From: Psammoneis japonica
Lineage: Eukaryota
Direction of reading: 5' to 3'
DNA length: 64,000 nucleotides
Assembly (NCBI GenBank): GCA_008632985.1
Contig: QPGO01000026.1
Location: forward strand, 558,001 to 622,000
The notes below the pieces were generated by a model. It searched no databases. It was not told the DNA's origin and saw only the letters and a program-made list of their open reading frames with translations. Both the position numbers and the translations under genes were made by a program. This document shows, piece after piece, positions 12,527 through 25,733 of this stretch. Position 1 is the first letter of the stretch. The number at the start of each line of letters is the position of its first letter.

Positions 12527-14837
12527 TCACGCGAGTGCTGCAAGAGTGAACCATGAGCAGTACACGGCATGATACACAAGTAAAGCCAGATCAAAACCAA
12601 TCGTGGACTGCTGCAGCTCGGCGTCTTCCATGTTCTGGTGGTGAAGCGGCGTCATTGATGAGACACGTTCAAGATTGTGGGTACAATCAGCCCAGACCAA
12701 TAGCAACTTGTCCCAAGCGACCTTTGCGTAGTCTTGAATGTTGCTGCTGTTGATATCCTGCTCCTTCAGCGACATTAATAACATGCCGAGGTGGTAGTAT
12801 GCCAAGATGCCAAGGCATATGCGGGACTGCAAATCAGGACGCCTCCTTTTGGACGACACCAGGAGGCTCAATCCCAACATGGCAGCAGAAACAGCTACCC
12901 AATGAAAAAGAAAAGGGTAGTGTTCTCTGCAGCTGGCTGGCGAGCCGGTGTGTAGTAGTAGTACCCCACTACGGTAGCAAGCAACTCAATGAGTGAATGA
13001 GACCAAATCGCGAATCTGTAAACGCTCGATGTACGCCTTCGCTTCTTGGGCACCCGCTTCAAAAGACCCACTTGCAATTTCACCCTTCTCCATGAAAGGA
13101 CTGCGACGTCAATTGTCAGTCCACTTAAATCTTGAATCAAAATGACCGGGAAGAAAAGAATCATCGACAGAGACTTCTTGACTGTAGTTTGCTCCCTTGT
13201 CAAGGTTTGGCTTTGTGGTAGCAGCTTCTTCTTGTTCCGCAGCTTTTGTCTTTTCCATTTTCGTATGAGCTTCAGGATGAACTTGTCTGGGAGAATAATT
13301 ACAAACAAAAGAAACGATAGAACCCTTGTCAGAAACTTCACCATTCTCTCTCTCGAAATCCTCGGCAGGATTACCGGCACAACTTGTACTTGCTGCTTCC
13401 CCCGGTTCTGTTGCTTTTTGTTGTTCTTCTTCTTCTTTTTCTTTTTTGTGTTCCTTTTCTTGTTGCAACAATTGTCTCTGTTGTTTCTGCTGCTGCCGAA
13501 GCTTCTTGCGCCGCGATACTGAGGTTTGTTTCGCAGACTCGATACGCGATTTCTCGCCCTTCTCCATTACTTTTTTCTGCCGCGACACTGGGGCTTGTTG
13601 TTTAGCAGACTCGATGCCCGATTTCTCGCCCTTCTCCTTGTCCATCATCCTTTTTGTCTGCCACGATACTGGGGCTTGTTGTTTAGCAGACTCGTTACGC
13701 GATTCCTTGCCCTTCTCCTTGTCCACCGCCACGGCTTGTTTGGCAGCAGACTCGATACTGGGCATGCTGGGCTTTCTTCTGGCCGTGTCACCCTATTATT
13801 ATTGCGGCTGAAATTGTTGCTGGTCAGAGTGCTACTGGCCTGAGCAGTAGTAGTAGCACTTGGAGTACTTCTACTACAAGTCGTTGACAAAACTAGTGTC
13901 GCATCACGAGCACCAGCATCCGTAGTAACAAAATACTTTGCAATGCCATTGCCCATGGACTTCTCAAAATCCATCCACACACTCTTGTACAAGTCCAACG
14001 CCGCCCTTGCGTCTTCCAAGCAGCAATGAAACGTGTCCTCTTGTTGAATTTCTCTCTTGAGGTGTAGTTTCACCAAAACCGATAGCTTCTCGCACTTGCC
14101 ATTGTGCTTTCGACGAAAAGGCGGATACGTGGCTGTGTCTCGTACCTCAAATGGTGTGGATGTTGGTTCAACGACAGTGCCTTTAAATCACAATCCACAG
14201 AGTGTCCCACGACAATCTTGCCCGCAAGGAGCGCCGCGGCTCGTGTTTGAATCTCGTCATACTCCATTCCCTGTGACAGTTCATCGCCGCATCGATTGAT
14301 TCTCGGTAAACGGGCCGATACCGCCTGGGCCACGTTTGTTTGGTATTTATGGTTGTGCACAACCTTGACGGTTTCGTGGAGCAGTGGTGAACCCGTTCCA
14401 TCCACAATACATACTCGGCGTAATCGAGGTTCCTCACCAGGACTGCAACGAGCAAGGCCGCAATCAATGGCTGCAAGTTTGGAAATCAACAAAGGCGGTG
14501 GCGGTGGTGGAGAAGAGCAAGGAACACCAACAAGTCTGCTGTTTTTGTCGTTGGGAGCGATTGTACTTTCTTCTTTTTCTTTTGGTTGTTCTTGTTGCTG
14601 TGGGCTTTTCTCCTCAACGACGACTCCATCACTTTTCGAGGAAGGAGTCGTCGTCGCTTTCGTGCTAACGGAAGAATCCACACGGTGCAACTCCTCTTCT
14701 TGAGGCTTATGGACAATGATGAAAGGATCTCTCTGCCGTGTTGTAAGGAATTTTGAGAGTCGTAGCGGAACGCATCCGCAGCTGCACTCAGAATCTGTTC
14801 CTCCAACAGGCGGATGCCTTGACGGTGATTGGCCCAT
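12527..14837 (-). CDS. DEDDh 3'-5' exonuclease (REX4-like) domain gene followed by a repeat/coiled-coil region and hydrophobic segments; broken into about 5 ORFs
   Basis: AAIDCG...RVCIVD...KIVVGHSVDCDLKAL...RDTATYPPF...HCCLEDARAALDLYK. Downstream ORFs 13109-13765, 12895-13380 and 12527-12880 overlap or abut on the same strand; whether all belong to one gene is inferred. Confidence 0.65.
13510..13765 (-). repeat. Imperfect coding tandem repeat with 3-4 units of EKGEKSxIESAKQQAPVS
   Basis: Repeated gatactggggcttgttgtttagcagactcg-like units at about 13516, 13585, 13666 and 13733. Confidence 0.85.
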
Positions 14838-15454
14838 CCCAAAATGATAATGACACTCTATAAACCTCCCTGAGGACTTGTTTTATTGTATCTCCGTGTT
14901 TTACAATGCCGAGCAGCACACCAACAATCGGAAAGTTCAAACAGCGTGGTGGTATTGTGGTCCGGTAGCGGTGTACCATGGTCCTGTTCACGCGGGAACA
15001 GCGGGAACACGGAATAAGTGCGCGATTGACTGACCGACGGACGTGTTGATGGGCTGACAGACAGACAGATGGCCGATTTTGAGATCGATCCCGACGAGAT
15101 AGAGTGCGCCACTTTTTACTGGCGGGAGCAACAAAAAGAGAGAACCGCACTGCGTTGTCACCGTCACAACAAGAATAGGATATTCTCAGTTGGAAGGACA
15201 ATTGGCAGGCATGAGCTAACTATTTGTTTGCTGGAGCAGCATGACGGGATACACAATGTTTTGTGACATTCCTCTGAAAGTTTACAAGTCTTCTCTGGCG
15301 CGCATCTTTCAAGAGTACAACACTATCTGGACTTGGAATTGCATACCGAACCACAACATACACAACGTTGGCGCCCAAAACCGATACCAACCTTGGTTCT
15401 ACTACTCGTCAATCATGGGCACATACACTTACAATAGCATATCCTCTGACTATA

Positions 15455-16594
15455 TTAATCGTACTTGTCCGCGGGTATTTCTCTTTGCGTCAAAAATCTC
15501 CATTTGCCAAAGGCTCCAACCCAAACAATGTCGGAATTGGTGGAAGGAACTCGTACCGTTGCTACAATGCATGCTCCAATAATGTTCTACCATTTTCACA
15601 CAATCATGAGAAGCAAAGAAAGGTGTTGGTAAAACAACAACAATGCAATCCACAGCATATAAATAATATAGACAAATTCAAAAATGTACGTACCCACATT
15701 GTCACTTCATACCCCGTACTCATGGCCAATTCCGTCGTGACGGAAGCATTCACCTTGGCAATTGCTTTGTTGATAAATCCCTGTGTAACAAAACAAATCA
15801 ATCACCATTAGAAACCAGCGAGAAAAAAAGCAGCATGGAATGATTGCTAAAGCAGACCTTTGGTTTATCAGGATGGTCATCGGGAAGGTCGTGTCTGCAT
15901 TGAATAAAAAGGCGATAGGATAGCGACGTTTGGTCAGTCCTTTTTGCATATCCATCCGTTAAAAAATAAACTGATTGATTCCGAAAGCACTATTCCACAC
16001 CGCACCAATTCTATGCAGAACAAAGACTTATACTACTCACCCACGAAGGACACGCTTTAGTTGTTGCTTTGCATCAAATGATTCCATGGTGGGACACGAC
16101 GACATGGCATAAAAGTAAACAGCTGGGAACAACATGAGGTACACGGCATACGCCGCCGAGATAAACACCTTTAGTACCATCATGGCCAGTACGGAATAAA
16201 TACCATACATGAGTATTTGAATACTTTCTTCATCGCTCAGTGCCGTCGTGTTGCTTGTCGTCGTGGTTGTTGACTCGGTCCTGTTGTTGCTATTTTTGTT
16301 GGTTGGAGCTGTTGTTGTTTGAATCATGAGATTGCGAGGCCACCGACACGGGATTCCATTGGGCTCGACAAGCACAAGTGCTCTCGACAATTCCGGAGAA
16401 ATTCTAGCTACAATCCCCACCACACAATTCTGTTGACTAAGGGCCAAGTCTTGAAACCAGCTGTCCGACACGGGAATGGAACGCCTCAACAACCGAACAC
16501 CTCGCGTGGCATGATTCTCCACCGCCCATCCATCGTGGGGTTTCACAGACTTTAAATACGCCAAAGCTTTTGTCGTAGAGGCAGTAATCGCCAT
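15455..16594 (-). CDS. Hypothetical membrane protein, multi-exon
   Basis: Exons read MAITAS...FDAKQQLKRVLRG | HDLPDDHPDKPK | GFINKAIAKVNASVTTELAMSTGYE | IGACIVATVRVP...WVGAFGKWRFLTQREIPADKYD*, with GT-AG junctions. The start codon is uncertain. Confidence 0.7.
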
Positions 16595-16889
16595 GATGTG
16601 TGCTTGAGTGTGCCTTGATCTCTCTTCAAAACACAATGAAAGTTGGGGGATGACGATATGCTCCAACACTTCGATAACATATAAACAGTACCATAAACTG
16701 GAAACAGTGCACGCTTTTTCTGTGTCGCTCGCGCCTCGCGGCATGTTATCGCGGTGTCGGAAGTGTAGGACGGATGCACGGACGGACGCTCCGAACATGC
16801 GAGATAATTGTGTGTCCATAGTGCAGTGCGGTGTGCGTGTCGGAGTGAATGGAATTTTTGAAGTGCATGGAAGATGATCTGACAATGAT

Positions 16890-19490
16890 GATTCACGTCA
16901 CAGAAGTTGAAGTTCACTGCTTTTGTGTGTGTGTTGTAGCCATGATTGGGCATGTGCAACTGTGACCAAGACGGAAAGCATTTTGCAAACAACGCGGCTG
17001 GTGTGCTCTTGTCCCCCCATTTGGTCCAGAGTTGCTTCTGCTCCTGACAAAGACAACTCTTTGATGATGCCAAGCACAGCAGATGTGAGAGCCATTTGCT
17101 CTTGCTTTTGAAGCACACAGTGGTTTGTCTCTGTGTCCTGAGCTTCATCAGGACATCTTGTTTGTGGCTGGCCTTGAGAAAAGTGTTGCGCTGGTGCTCA
17201 GAAGAGCTGGTTGAAAGACGCTGAGGAGTTCTCTCCTGCTTTTGCTCTCAATTTCTCCACTCTCCAATTCATCGTCATTTGAAATGTCAAAAATGTCATC
17301 ATGAGCAGGGCAGTCAGAGAACACAAGGGCAAGGGCTCCTGCTTGGGGTTTTGCTGCAATTTGCTCTTGCACATGATGGGACCTCCTCATGGCCACATGA
17401 TCAAGTTCTTGGGGGCATGTTCCTTTGGGGCCAGTGTGTTGTCAGGAGCCAGCATCCACAGTTCTGAGCAAGAACTCCAGTGCCAGACTGTTGGCCACTC
17501 CATCCTCTGAGCCCAGCAATCCCATCTGCAGCTCCAAGTCTGAGAGCTGCAGTGCACTGCATCTTTGATGATTTCATCCTCGGAGCCAAGCACGCCAAGC
17601 CATGAGGAGCAACTCCATCAGCCACACCAAGCAATGTCCCTTCCTTGGCACCTTCAATGGAGCCCACTGCCATGCCATCTAAAGTGCCAAGTGTGGACCA
17701 CAGCAACCACCCATCAAAGCCTCTGTCATGTGAGCCAAGTGATGGCCCATCTCACACACCTCTTCATGCTTTTGCCATTTGTTGATTTGGTTGGCTCGTG
17801 TGGCCTCCCCCATGGTGAAAAAAATTTTCCCTGAAAAAAAAAAATGACAACTTTCAGTTGACAAAAAGGTGCAGAAAGTTGATTGGTGACAAAGGCTGCA
17901 ATGGTGGCTGGAGGCTGCAAAGCTGCGCATCATTGAGCACGCTCATTTGCTGAGAACAGCACATTGCGGGGGGGGGGGGGGGGGTGATGGGCAACAGACC
18001 AGCAAATTTTTTCCTGTCCAATGAGTGGACAGTGTTGCAGCCAATGCAGACACTGCAAATTTTTGTTGTTTTGTTCAAGAATGGAGAACCTCAATTTGAG
18101 CCACAGTTTCAACAACTTTGAGGCAACTCCCAGAAGCAACTTGTTGCTGTTTTGTGCCAGCACAGCACCAGTGCTGTTGAATGATGTGAATTGTCACACA
18201 AGTGTTCTCACGCAAAATGCATTTTTTGGGACTTGCTCATGGGAAAATTTGTGGCTGTTTCAGAATGCCTCCACATGCCATGGAATGTCTCCAATGTGAG
18301 CTGCAGCTGCTCACATTTAAAGCCAAAGTTTTTGTTGGATGCCAACATGGTGGGCTGACAGGACAGCAGCCAGAGGCCACTTGTGTTCAACAAAAAGTTG
18401 AAAAATGGGTTGCTTGGGGGCTGGAAGTTGTTCATTGGGTGCTCCCAAAGCCATTGTGTCACAGCTGATGTTGGCACTGTTCATTTTCCCTCTGCAGAGT
18501 CAGAGCTGTGATGGATGGTAAATCAATTTTTAAGAAACAAGAACAATCTTCCAGAAATGCACTTGGGAAATTTGCACATCAGGCAGTGATGAACACGAGA
18601 ACCCAAGCGCTCAAGTGATCACAGATGCAGCCCCCCAAAGTGTTGAGTGTTGGACATCCATGTCACAGGAAATGCTCACAACAGGGTGGCTTGGGAGCTG
18701 TGCACCGCAGCCAGAAGATGGGAGAATGAAGTCCAAGTCAAGTGTTGTTGCACACAGAGAGGTGCTGGGCTTGCAGAGCATGAGTGGTGCAATGATGCCT
18801 TCAACCATCACCTGAACAAAAGGATGCCACAATTGCATTGAGTGCATGTTGGGCAATGTTGGTCAGAAGATGGGGTTGTTTTTGGTGGCCCTTGCTCTCT
18901 CCATTGCACAGGTGTCCCATGATGATTCAACCAATTCTTTGCCTGCACAATTTTCTGAAAGACTTTGGCACTGATGATGGATGACGATGAATTGCGCACC
19001 CCTTCAGTTGACACTGGTGGACCAAGTCAGCACCAACAGGGGGTGAGCCACTCCTTTCTGCAGATTGGCCTGCATGGGATGCAACCACAACTTGCATCCT
19101 CAGGACCAGTGCTGGCTTGAAGAAAGGTCTGCCCCATGGGTTCATCATGGGCAGTGTCCGGCTTGATCTCACCCACCTTGCAGCAGTGGCAGAAATGTGG
19201 CTTTGGCAGCACTGAGCTGCAACCAGAGAACCAATCTGCCTTGGGCGTTTTGCTCTGCAGACAATGTTGTTGCCATTCATTGTCCCAAAATTCCAAGCAC
19301 AACTGGAGTGATGCCCAGCTGAAGCAAAACCCGCTGGGGTGTGGTGTTGTTGGGGTGTCTGAATGCCATTTTGGATCTGCTGGGGACATGGAAATAAACG
19401 TGGCACCATTGCAAAGCTGTCGTTCTGCAGATGATGCCATTGCCATTGATTGCCGTCAGTTCCAAGTTCTTCTAAAGCAATGCAGGATGA
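16890..19490. mobile_element. Degenerate TpA- and CpG-depleted domain C (TE relic, family unknown)
   Basis: Very few TA or CG over about 2.6 kb; a poly-G run near 17968-17984; many short Cys/His-rich ORFs. Confidence 0.6.
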
Positions 19491-20802
19491 TGTTCTCGTT
19501 TTCGTACGCGATCGGCGATCGGGTGTGAACAACACGAATAATTTTTGTATTCAAAAATAGACACTAATAAATAACCTTATTCAAATGCCACGGTAATTTC
19601 AGTAGAAACGCGGGGATGACCTAAACTTGTATTTTTTATTTATCAGTGACTCGTTTCGGTCGTGCGTCGTGCGTCGATTGATTCTTCCCGTGCAGTGACT
19701 GGATCTCTCTCAGATCAAGCACATCGCTTTGCAGCACTTACTTGGGTCGAGAATGAAAGGAAGAGTAATTTTTAATTGTTGGGTTCGGTTTGCGAATGCG
19801 ATTCCACGAACAACACTTATCGGGGTTCGGATTGATTTCTCGTATTGTTGTCAACATTTATCTGGATTCGAACCGTAGTTCGTATCAAGATTCTTGTTTC
19901 GCGGTCGTCGCGATTCTTGTTTCTGAAACATTTAATGTGCTCTCCCTGATTTTCATTTTGACAGCTCATAAAAAGCCGCAGGTCCAAAGTGAAGAAGAGG
20001 AAGCATCCGCATTGAAATCACCAACGTTTCGCAATGGAAATGAATTGTTACAGCATGCGGCAGCAGCCGTGTTGCAAAAAGCTCCGTCTCTGGCAGTTTC
20101 TCCGTCGTTATGGCGGAGTTCGGGATTTGGGTGTCAGGTTGATTGGCAGCGATCTCTTTATTTTCATGTGCAGCAGTCTCGTTGCGGCATGTCTACAGCC
20201 CATAATTGTTTCAACTTTTCCCCACACCCTTCTCATAATTTTTTCAACACGAAAAAAGCAAATCGTTCTTGTTGTAAACAAACGCACACACGCTCTGAAA
20301 GGTAAGCTTTCCCCTCGTTTTGCCCCTCTTTGCTCGTTTTACCATGGTGCATGCACGTGAGCGAGAGAGCGCTGCCGAGAAAGCGCTCGGCGTTGTAGTT
20401 CTCAGGTCAGTCACAGAAAACGGTGGATTATCCCCTTGCTCTTCGACCCCCTGATCAATAATGGCTGATACTCTGGCCATGCCGTTTGCGAGTCCAGTGT
20501 GGTGGTTGGACGCATTGCTGATCTGCCACCAGTCAAATACAAACGCCTCCGTAATGTGCAGCTTTGTGATTTTGTTGAAAACGGACATGTTGCGCGGTCG
20601 ATCGTTCTCGCGTCCTAGCTGGCACCACACATGTTCTGTCACGAAATGGAGGTAACGATGAGACTGATGACCCGCACACCTGTCGTCGATACTATGTTCA
20701 TTCGTCACGAACCATGTTGCTCTCCATCAGATGCAAATATGTTGCTAACGTTTGCGTTGCTTTTGCTGTTAAGATCAAGTTGAGAACCTTTGACGGCAAA
20801 CC

Positions 20803-21963
20803 ATGAAACTCTCTTTTGCCATTTCTCTCCTCATCCTTGCGGAGATCAAGCCGGCCGTGGCTCACGAACACTTTCTCCGTCATCATCGCCATGAGCTCGA
20901 AGGCCACCGTGACCTGCAGACCTACATCCCAGCTTCAAAGATTTGGAGCGGCCCTCCCTTCACATTCACCAAGCCCGACAACGTCGATGGATCTGATTCC
21001 CAATACCAAGACTGCCTCAATGCTGACGTCTGCATTGCACGCGGTGATCACCATCCAATCTACAATGGTTTGACTTACGACTTTGATGGTGGCATGGAGT
21101 GGGCCTGGGGAACAACGGCTGATCCTGATCTGCAATTCAAGTACTTGACCGGGCTTTCTGGTTTTCCATATTTGACTATTTGGTCATATTTTGATCTTCC
21201 GGGATCGGACACCGTCCTTCACTTGATTGATGCAGATGTCTACATTGACCTTCACTGGAACTCGTGGTCATGTTGTGGAGCTGGAGGTTTCTCGTATACC
21301 CGCTCCACCGAGGTTAGTGATCAGCCACCGACGGCACTTTGCGCGAGCTACACTCTCGTTTTGGGCGCGGATGGCCATGGATCCATCACGACGGCCAATG
21401 TCGACGGTGGCTCTTCTGACAATGAGGGACCAGTCAACCTCTCTCTCTCCCGAACTGAATTTGATTGCAGTGACATGGGGGCATCACCTGTCACTGTCGC
21501 GCTTACGGTTGAAGACACTGCTGGACAGACGGCCACTTGCCCCGCCGATGTGACTATTGCAGATCAAGCAGCCCCAACAATTAGCTGTGAGACCGATCCG
21601 CCTGACATGGTTGTTGGACCGGATTGCACATCGGCGCTCGTCCCTGATGACTATGGCAACTACGTTTCTTGGACGGACAACTGCGGCGCTGTGGTTAGCA
21701 CCAATCCCGCCGACACGAGTGCCTTGGGAGCTGACGATCATCCCATTACCTTCACCGCGATGGATGCCTCCGGGAATCTTGCGCAAACCACTTGTGTGGT
21801 GAAAGTCCTTCATAACACGTGTGGCAAGAATAATGATAAGGTTGAGATATGCCACGTTCCCGCTGGTGATCCAGAAAAGGCCCAGACACAATGTGTCAGC
21901 CTAGAGGGTGCTTTGGACCACCTCGCCGACCACCCAGAAGACTACTGCGGACCTTGCGAGTAG
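20803..21963 (+). CDS. Secreted intronless protein with HYR/Ig-like repeats and a C-terminal KVEICH...HL...DYCGPC motif
   Basis: 386-aa ORF with a signal peptide, an RDLQ processing site, HYR-like segments (TVEDTAGQTATC; TFTAMDASGNLAQTTC) and a Cys/His-rich tail. Confidence 0.8.
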   Translation: MKLSFAISLLILAEIKPAVAHEHFLRHHRHELEGHRDLQTYIPASKIWSGPPFTFTKPDNVDGSDSQYQDCLNADVCIARGDHHPIYNGLTYDFDGGMEWAWGTTADPDLQFKYLTGLSGFPYLTIWSYFDLPGSDTVLHLIDADVYIDLHWNSWSCCGAGGFSYTRSTEVSDQPPTALCASYTLVLGADGHGSITTANVDGGSSDNEGPVNLSLSRTEFDCSDMGASPVTVALTVEDTAGQTATCPADVTIADQAAPTISCETDPPDMVVGPDCTSALVPDDYGNYVSWTDNCGAVVSTNPADTSALGADDHPITFTAMDASGNLAQTTCVVKVLHNTCGKNNDKVEICHVPAGDPEKAQTQCVSLEGALDHLADHPEDYCGPCE

Positions 21964-22245
21964 AATCCAGGAAGCGCAGTCTCGCTGAATACTCTGCATT
22001 TACCATACATGTTTCGAGAGAAAAAACAAAACAAAAACAAACAAAAAGATGAGCCTCTTGGCCGACAAAACAAAATAAAAACATGAGATGAGCCGAACTT
22101 GCTCGCTGACCTGCAGGAAGACAGCTGCGGACCTTGCTTGCAAAATCCAACAAGAAGTGTCGCTGCATACTTTGCATTTACTGCACACGTTACGATCAAA
22201 GGCGAGCCTCTTGGCCAACAAAATGAAACAAAAAATGCATGTGAC
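21925..22245 (+). repeat. Diverged tandem duplication (~170 bp unit) of the 3' end and 3' UTR of the preceding gene
   Basis: ctgcggaccttgc...aatcca...tcgctg.atact.tgcatttac...gagcctcttggcc.acaaaa occurs at about 21945-22070 and again at about 22125-22223. Confidence 0.7.
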
Positions 22246-22479
22246 GGTTCCATTTCGGAGACACCGTTAGACGGGCATTTACTCTAACATTGCCGTTCTA
22301 TCAACTGTGGAGGAGAACAACACAACTGCAGAAAATGAATGGGACAGAACTGCAATTGAGTAGTGGGCGAGTAAATGTTAAATACATTTGTGCATGAGTT
22401 GCATCGTTAACAGCTTGCCCTTTGTTTGCGTCGCCACTCCGCCAATTCCCGTGGACATGGAAGCAATGCAGGGTTTGTA

Positions 22480-25400
22480 ATTCCACACACCCAAACATGG
22501 CTGGTCTTGATTCTCTTGGATGTAATCAAACGAATGCAATCAATTGAATCGCGCCTTGCACCGACAACAGCTCTTTTTGTGTTTCCTGCTCCTCACTTGG
22601 GACACGCCAAAATCTTAGCTTCGTGTTAACATGGAAGTGTGGTGCCACAGGGACTGCAACCCCAATGCCCTCACACTGAGCAAGACTCTTGCCAATGACC
22701 AAAGTCCCTTCCTTAGAGAGGACAACAATTCTCTCCAAAGTTGAATCCAAAAGGGAACTGTGTCTGCAACAAAGGCCTGCAGCATGTGCATCGGGATCCT
22801 CTCACTTGCCCTCTGCAAGCAAAATCCAGTTCATCTCCAGTGGCTTGAGAGGCTGAAATGAGTTGTTTCACACACACTGACTAAATGGGATTTTGACATG
22901 CATGCAGTTGCAACCCCATCATTTGCGGCAATGTCAATGGCCAGGATCATCCTCTTTGGAAATGTGTTCTGGGTGAATGCCAGAAGTGCCCATCCCATCC
23001 AACTCCATTGTTGGGACAGAGTGAAAGTCCCAATTGTGCCCCAAGTTTTGTTTCAATGGCACACTTGGCTGCAAAACATTGTTCCAATCACAACACATGT
23101 TCATGGAAGCATGTCCTGTTTGTGAGGCAGATCCAAATGGGAACAAAGGTGCAAAGGTCAAACTGAAGACCTTGTTGACAAGGTTCCACAAACCAACAAG
23201 GGTCTTTGTGAAAGAATGCTGCACCCCAAGTTCAAACAAGCTGCATCACCACCTTCCCCAGGTGACCATTGTTGGGGAAAATCATTGCATGGAAATGCAT
23301 CACAAAAGGCATTTGAGTTTTGCAAGACATTTGGGTCAATGCCCAACAGCATTTTCACATTTGCGAACTGCTCCAAGCATCTTCCATCTGATTGAAATGA
23401 CCAAATTTATGAGAGTCATTGTGGCAACAACCAAACAATGTCTGCACAGTGCTCACATGTTGCGCCAGCATTTGTGGTTGCCAAAAAATTGTCCCGTTTT
23501 GTCTGTGCAACCCCCAGAAGATGACAATGCAATCAGAGGCATTGTTTGGTGTTGTTGTTGGATGGTGGCACAACCATTTGTTGTGGGCTCCAATGACTGA
23601 CAGGGTCAGTCAGATTCTTTCTGGCTTTCAGTGCAAGCAGGAGCAGTTGTGCAAGTCTTGTTGTTAGAGTGGTGCTCCAAGTTGGCAGAGGCCATCACCA
23701 ACAACAAAGAAATGTTGCAACTGCACTTCTCAGAAGGCCCAAAGAAGAAAGACTTTTTCAAGGAGCCACTGGCTCACATTGCCAATTCATGCAAGGTTGC
23801 TCCCAAACTGCAGTGGTGCCAGTTTTGCAGAAGGGTGCATTGTCATCATTGCACAACTGAAGCCAAGATGCAAGACACTTGGACAAAATGTGTGAAGCAG
23901 ACAAGGGCACCAAAAGGTTGCAACAACTGGGAGACAAAAACAAAGAGGAGGAGCAGGGGGGGGAGGCACATGGATGAATCAACTGAGGAAGACAAGGGTG
24001 ATCAAGAGGAAGAGGAGGAGCCCATGGATCAAAGGCAGAGAAGAAGGAGAGCATGTGAGAGGCACATCACACACAGCAGGTGGAGATGTTGAAAGCCATT
24101 GCTGGAGTGGGCAATGACAAGAATCTCATTGGCCTTCACAGTTCAAGGCCAAAGCCAAGAGCACCAAGTGCACTTTTGTTTTGTTGTTTGAGCAAAGAGG
24201 AGTGCACCACCAAAAAGAAAGGGAGATGACTGAGAGAATGCATGACAATGCTCAATTGATGTTGCAGGTCAAAAAATTTGTTTGGGTTGATCGAGGTTCA
24301 CAGGATGGGAAGAAACCATGGCCTGGCAATTCCAAAGGAGCTGTTCCTCACTTGTTTGGTTGCTTTGCTGAGCCAAACCCTGGCAGCATGTGTTGCACAA
24401 ACAACAGCTTGCCAAGCCAGCAGGCACATTTGATGGCTGTCCCATGCCAACGTGTGTGGGCCTCATGTCATGTGCTGAACACAAACCTGACAGAGTTCAC
24501 AAATTGAGTGGAAAGTGGATGTGATTTGCAATTCAACACAGATTGCAACACACAGAAGATGGAGTCAGGAGGAGATTGGTGCTCTTCCACATCTCACGTG
24601 GGGTGCTGATTTTGTTGGCTGCACCCTGCATGGCAACCATGTGATGCATGTGACCCTGGATCAGGCTGAGCACAATTTGAAGACACAGTTTTTAGATGTT
24701 TGGGAGGGGGTTGAACGACTGGAAGCCAGACGATGGTTTTTGCCAACAAGCGGCCCATGCCTTTGAAACACTTGTGTGTTTTCATCCCTTGTCATTGCTC
24801 TTTGTTGCATTGGCAGTCTGGAAATGAGAGATTGTGTTGCAATCGAAACATCTGCCAACCAGACCAAAGCTGACAACAGCTGCACATCATTTGCAAGGAA
24901 CATGCTGAACAGCTGTTTGAAGGGGAAAAGTTCCCACCAAAAAACTCAAAGATGAAGTTTTGCAGCAGCTTGGATTGAACCATTTCCTTGGAAGTGGGTG
25001 GTGAATTTTTGTGACGACCTGTGCAACGATGACTGTGTGACTTTGTGCCCCCCATCTGGCGAACAACCACTGCATTGCCTTGCATCATGGGTGGATCTTT
25101 GATTCTGGTCACTGTTTTGCATTGCCAGCAAGTGACATCAAGTGCTCAAATTGGCTGGTGTCTTGGAAATGAGGAGCCCAAGGTGAAACATGTGTGGCAA
25201 ACAAGCTCCTCCGGGGAAACAAGTGACCACATGGTGTGCTTGCTGCTGGTTTGAACTTCCAAAGGCAGCAAAGCAGCCGGGGGATGGCAAAAGGAAAGCT
25301 TGTGAGCTGTGACTCAAAAAATGTGGGATTGTGCTGGGTGTTCCATCCAGTTGCACAATGCAAGGTGACAACCATGGTGCTTGTTTTCATTTTCCCATTG

Positions 25401-25620
25401 CCACCTTGTTCCTCAGACTCTTTGCTTTTCTTGCTGTCCACTCCCGTGCTGTCCTCCTCCTCCTCCTCATTTTCATTGTCATTCTCTTCCTCTTACTCAT
25501 CAGTTTTGCTGTCATCATTGTCATCATCACACTCCTCAAAACAATCCAGTGACTCATGCTGGCAGATCGCATCAAGAATGGCTTCATGCTCGCTCATCCT
25601 CAGTCAAATGCCGGCCGGCC
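22480..25620. mobile_element. Degenerate TpA- and CpG-depleted domain D (TE relic, family unknown)
   Basis: About 3 kb with almost no TA, ending just upstream of the SNRNP40 start. Confidence 0.6.
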
Positions 25621-25733
25621 GCCCAGCGCGAGCGCGCGGGAGTGCACCATCATGGTCTGTCATTCACCCCCCTCATCCCTCAACACTCAAAGGTCAAAGG
25701 AAGACGCACACAACACACAACATTGACGATGCG

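Noticed and set aside
25236..25733. 166-aa N-terminal extension of SNRNP40 in the ORF track
   Set aside because: It lies mostly in stop-depleted domain D; the conserved protein starts at ATG 25734.
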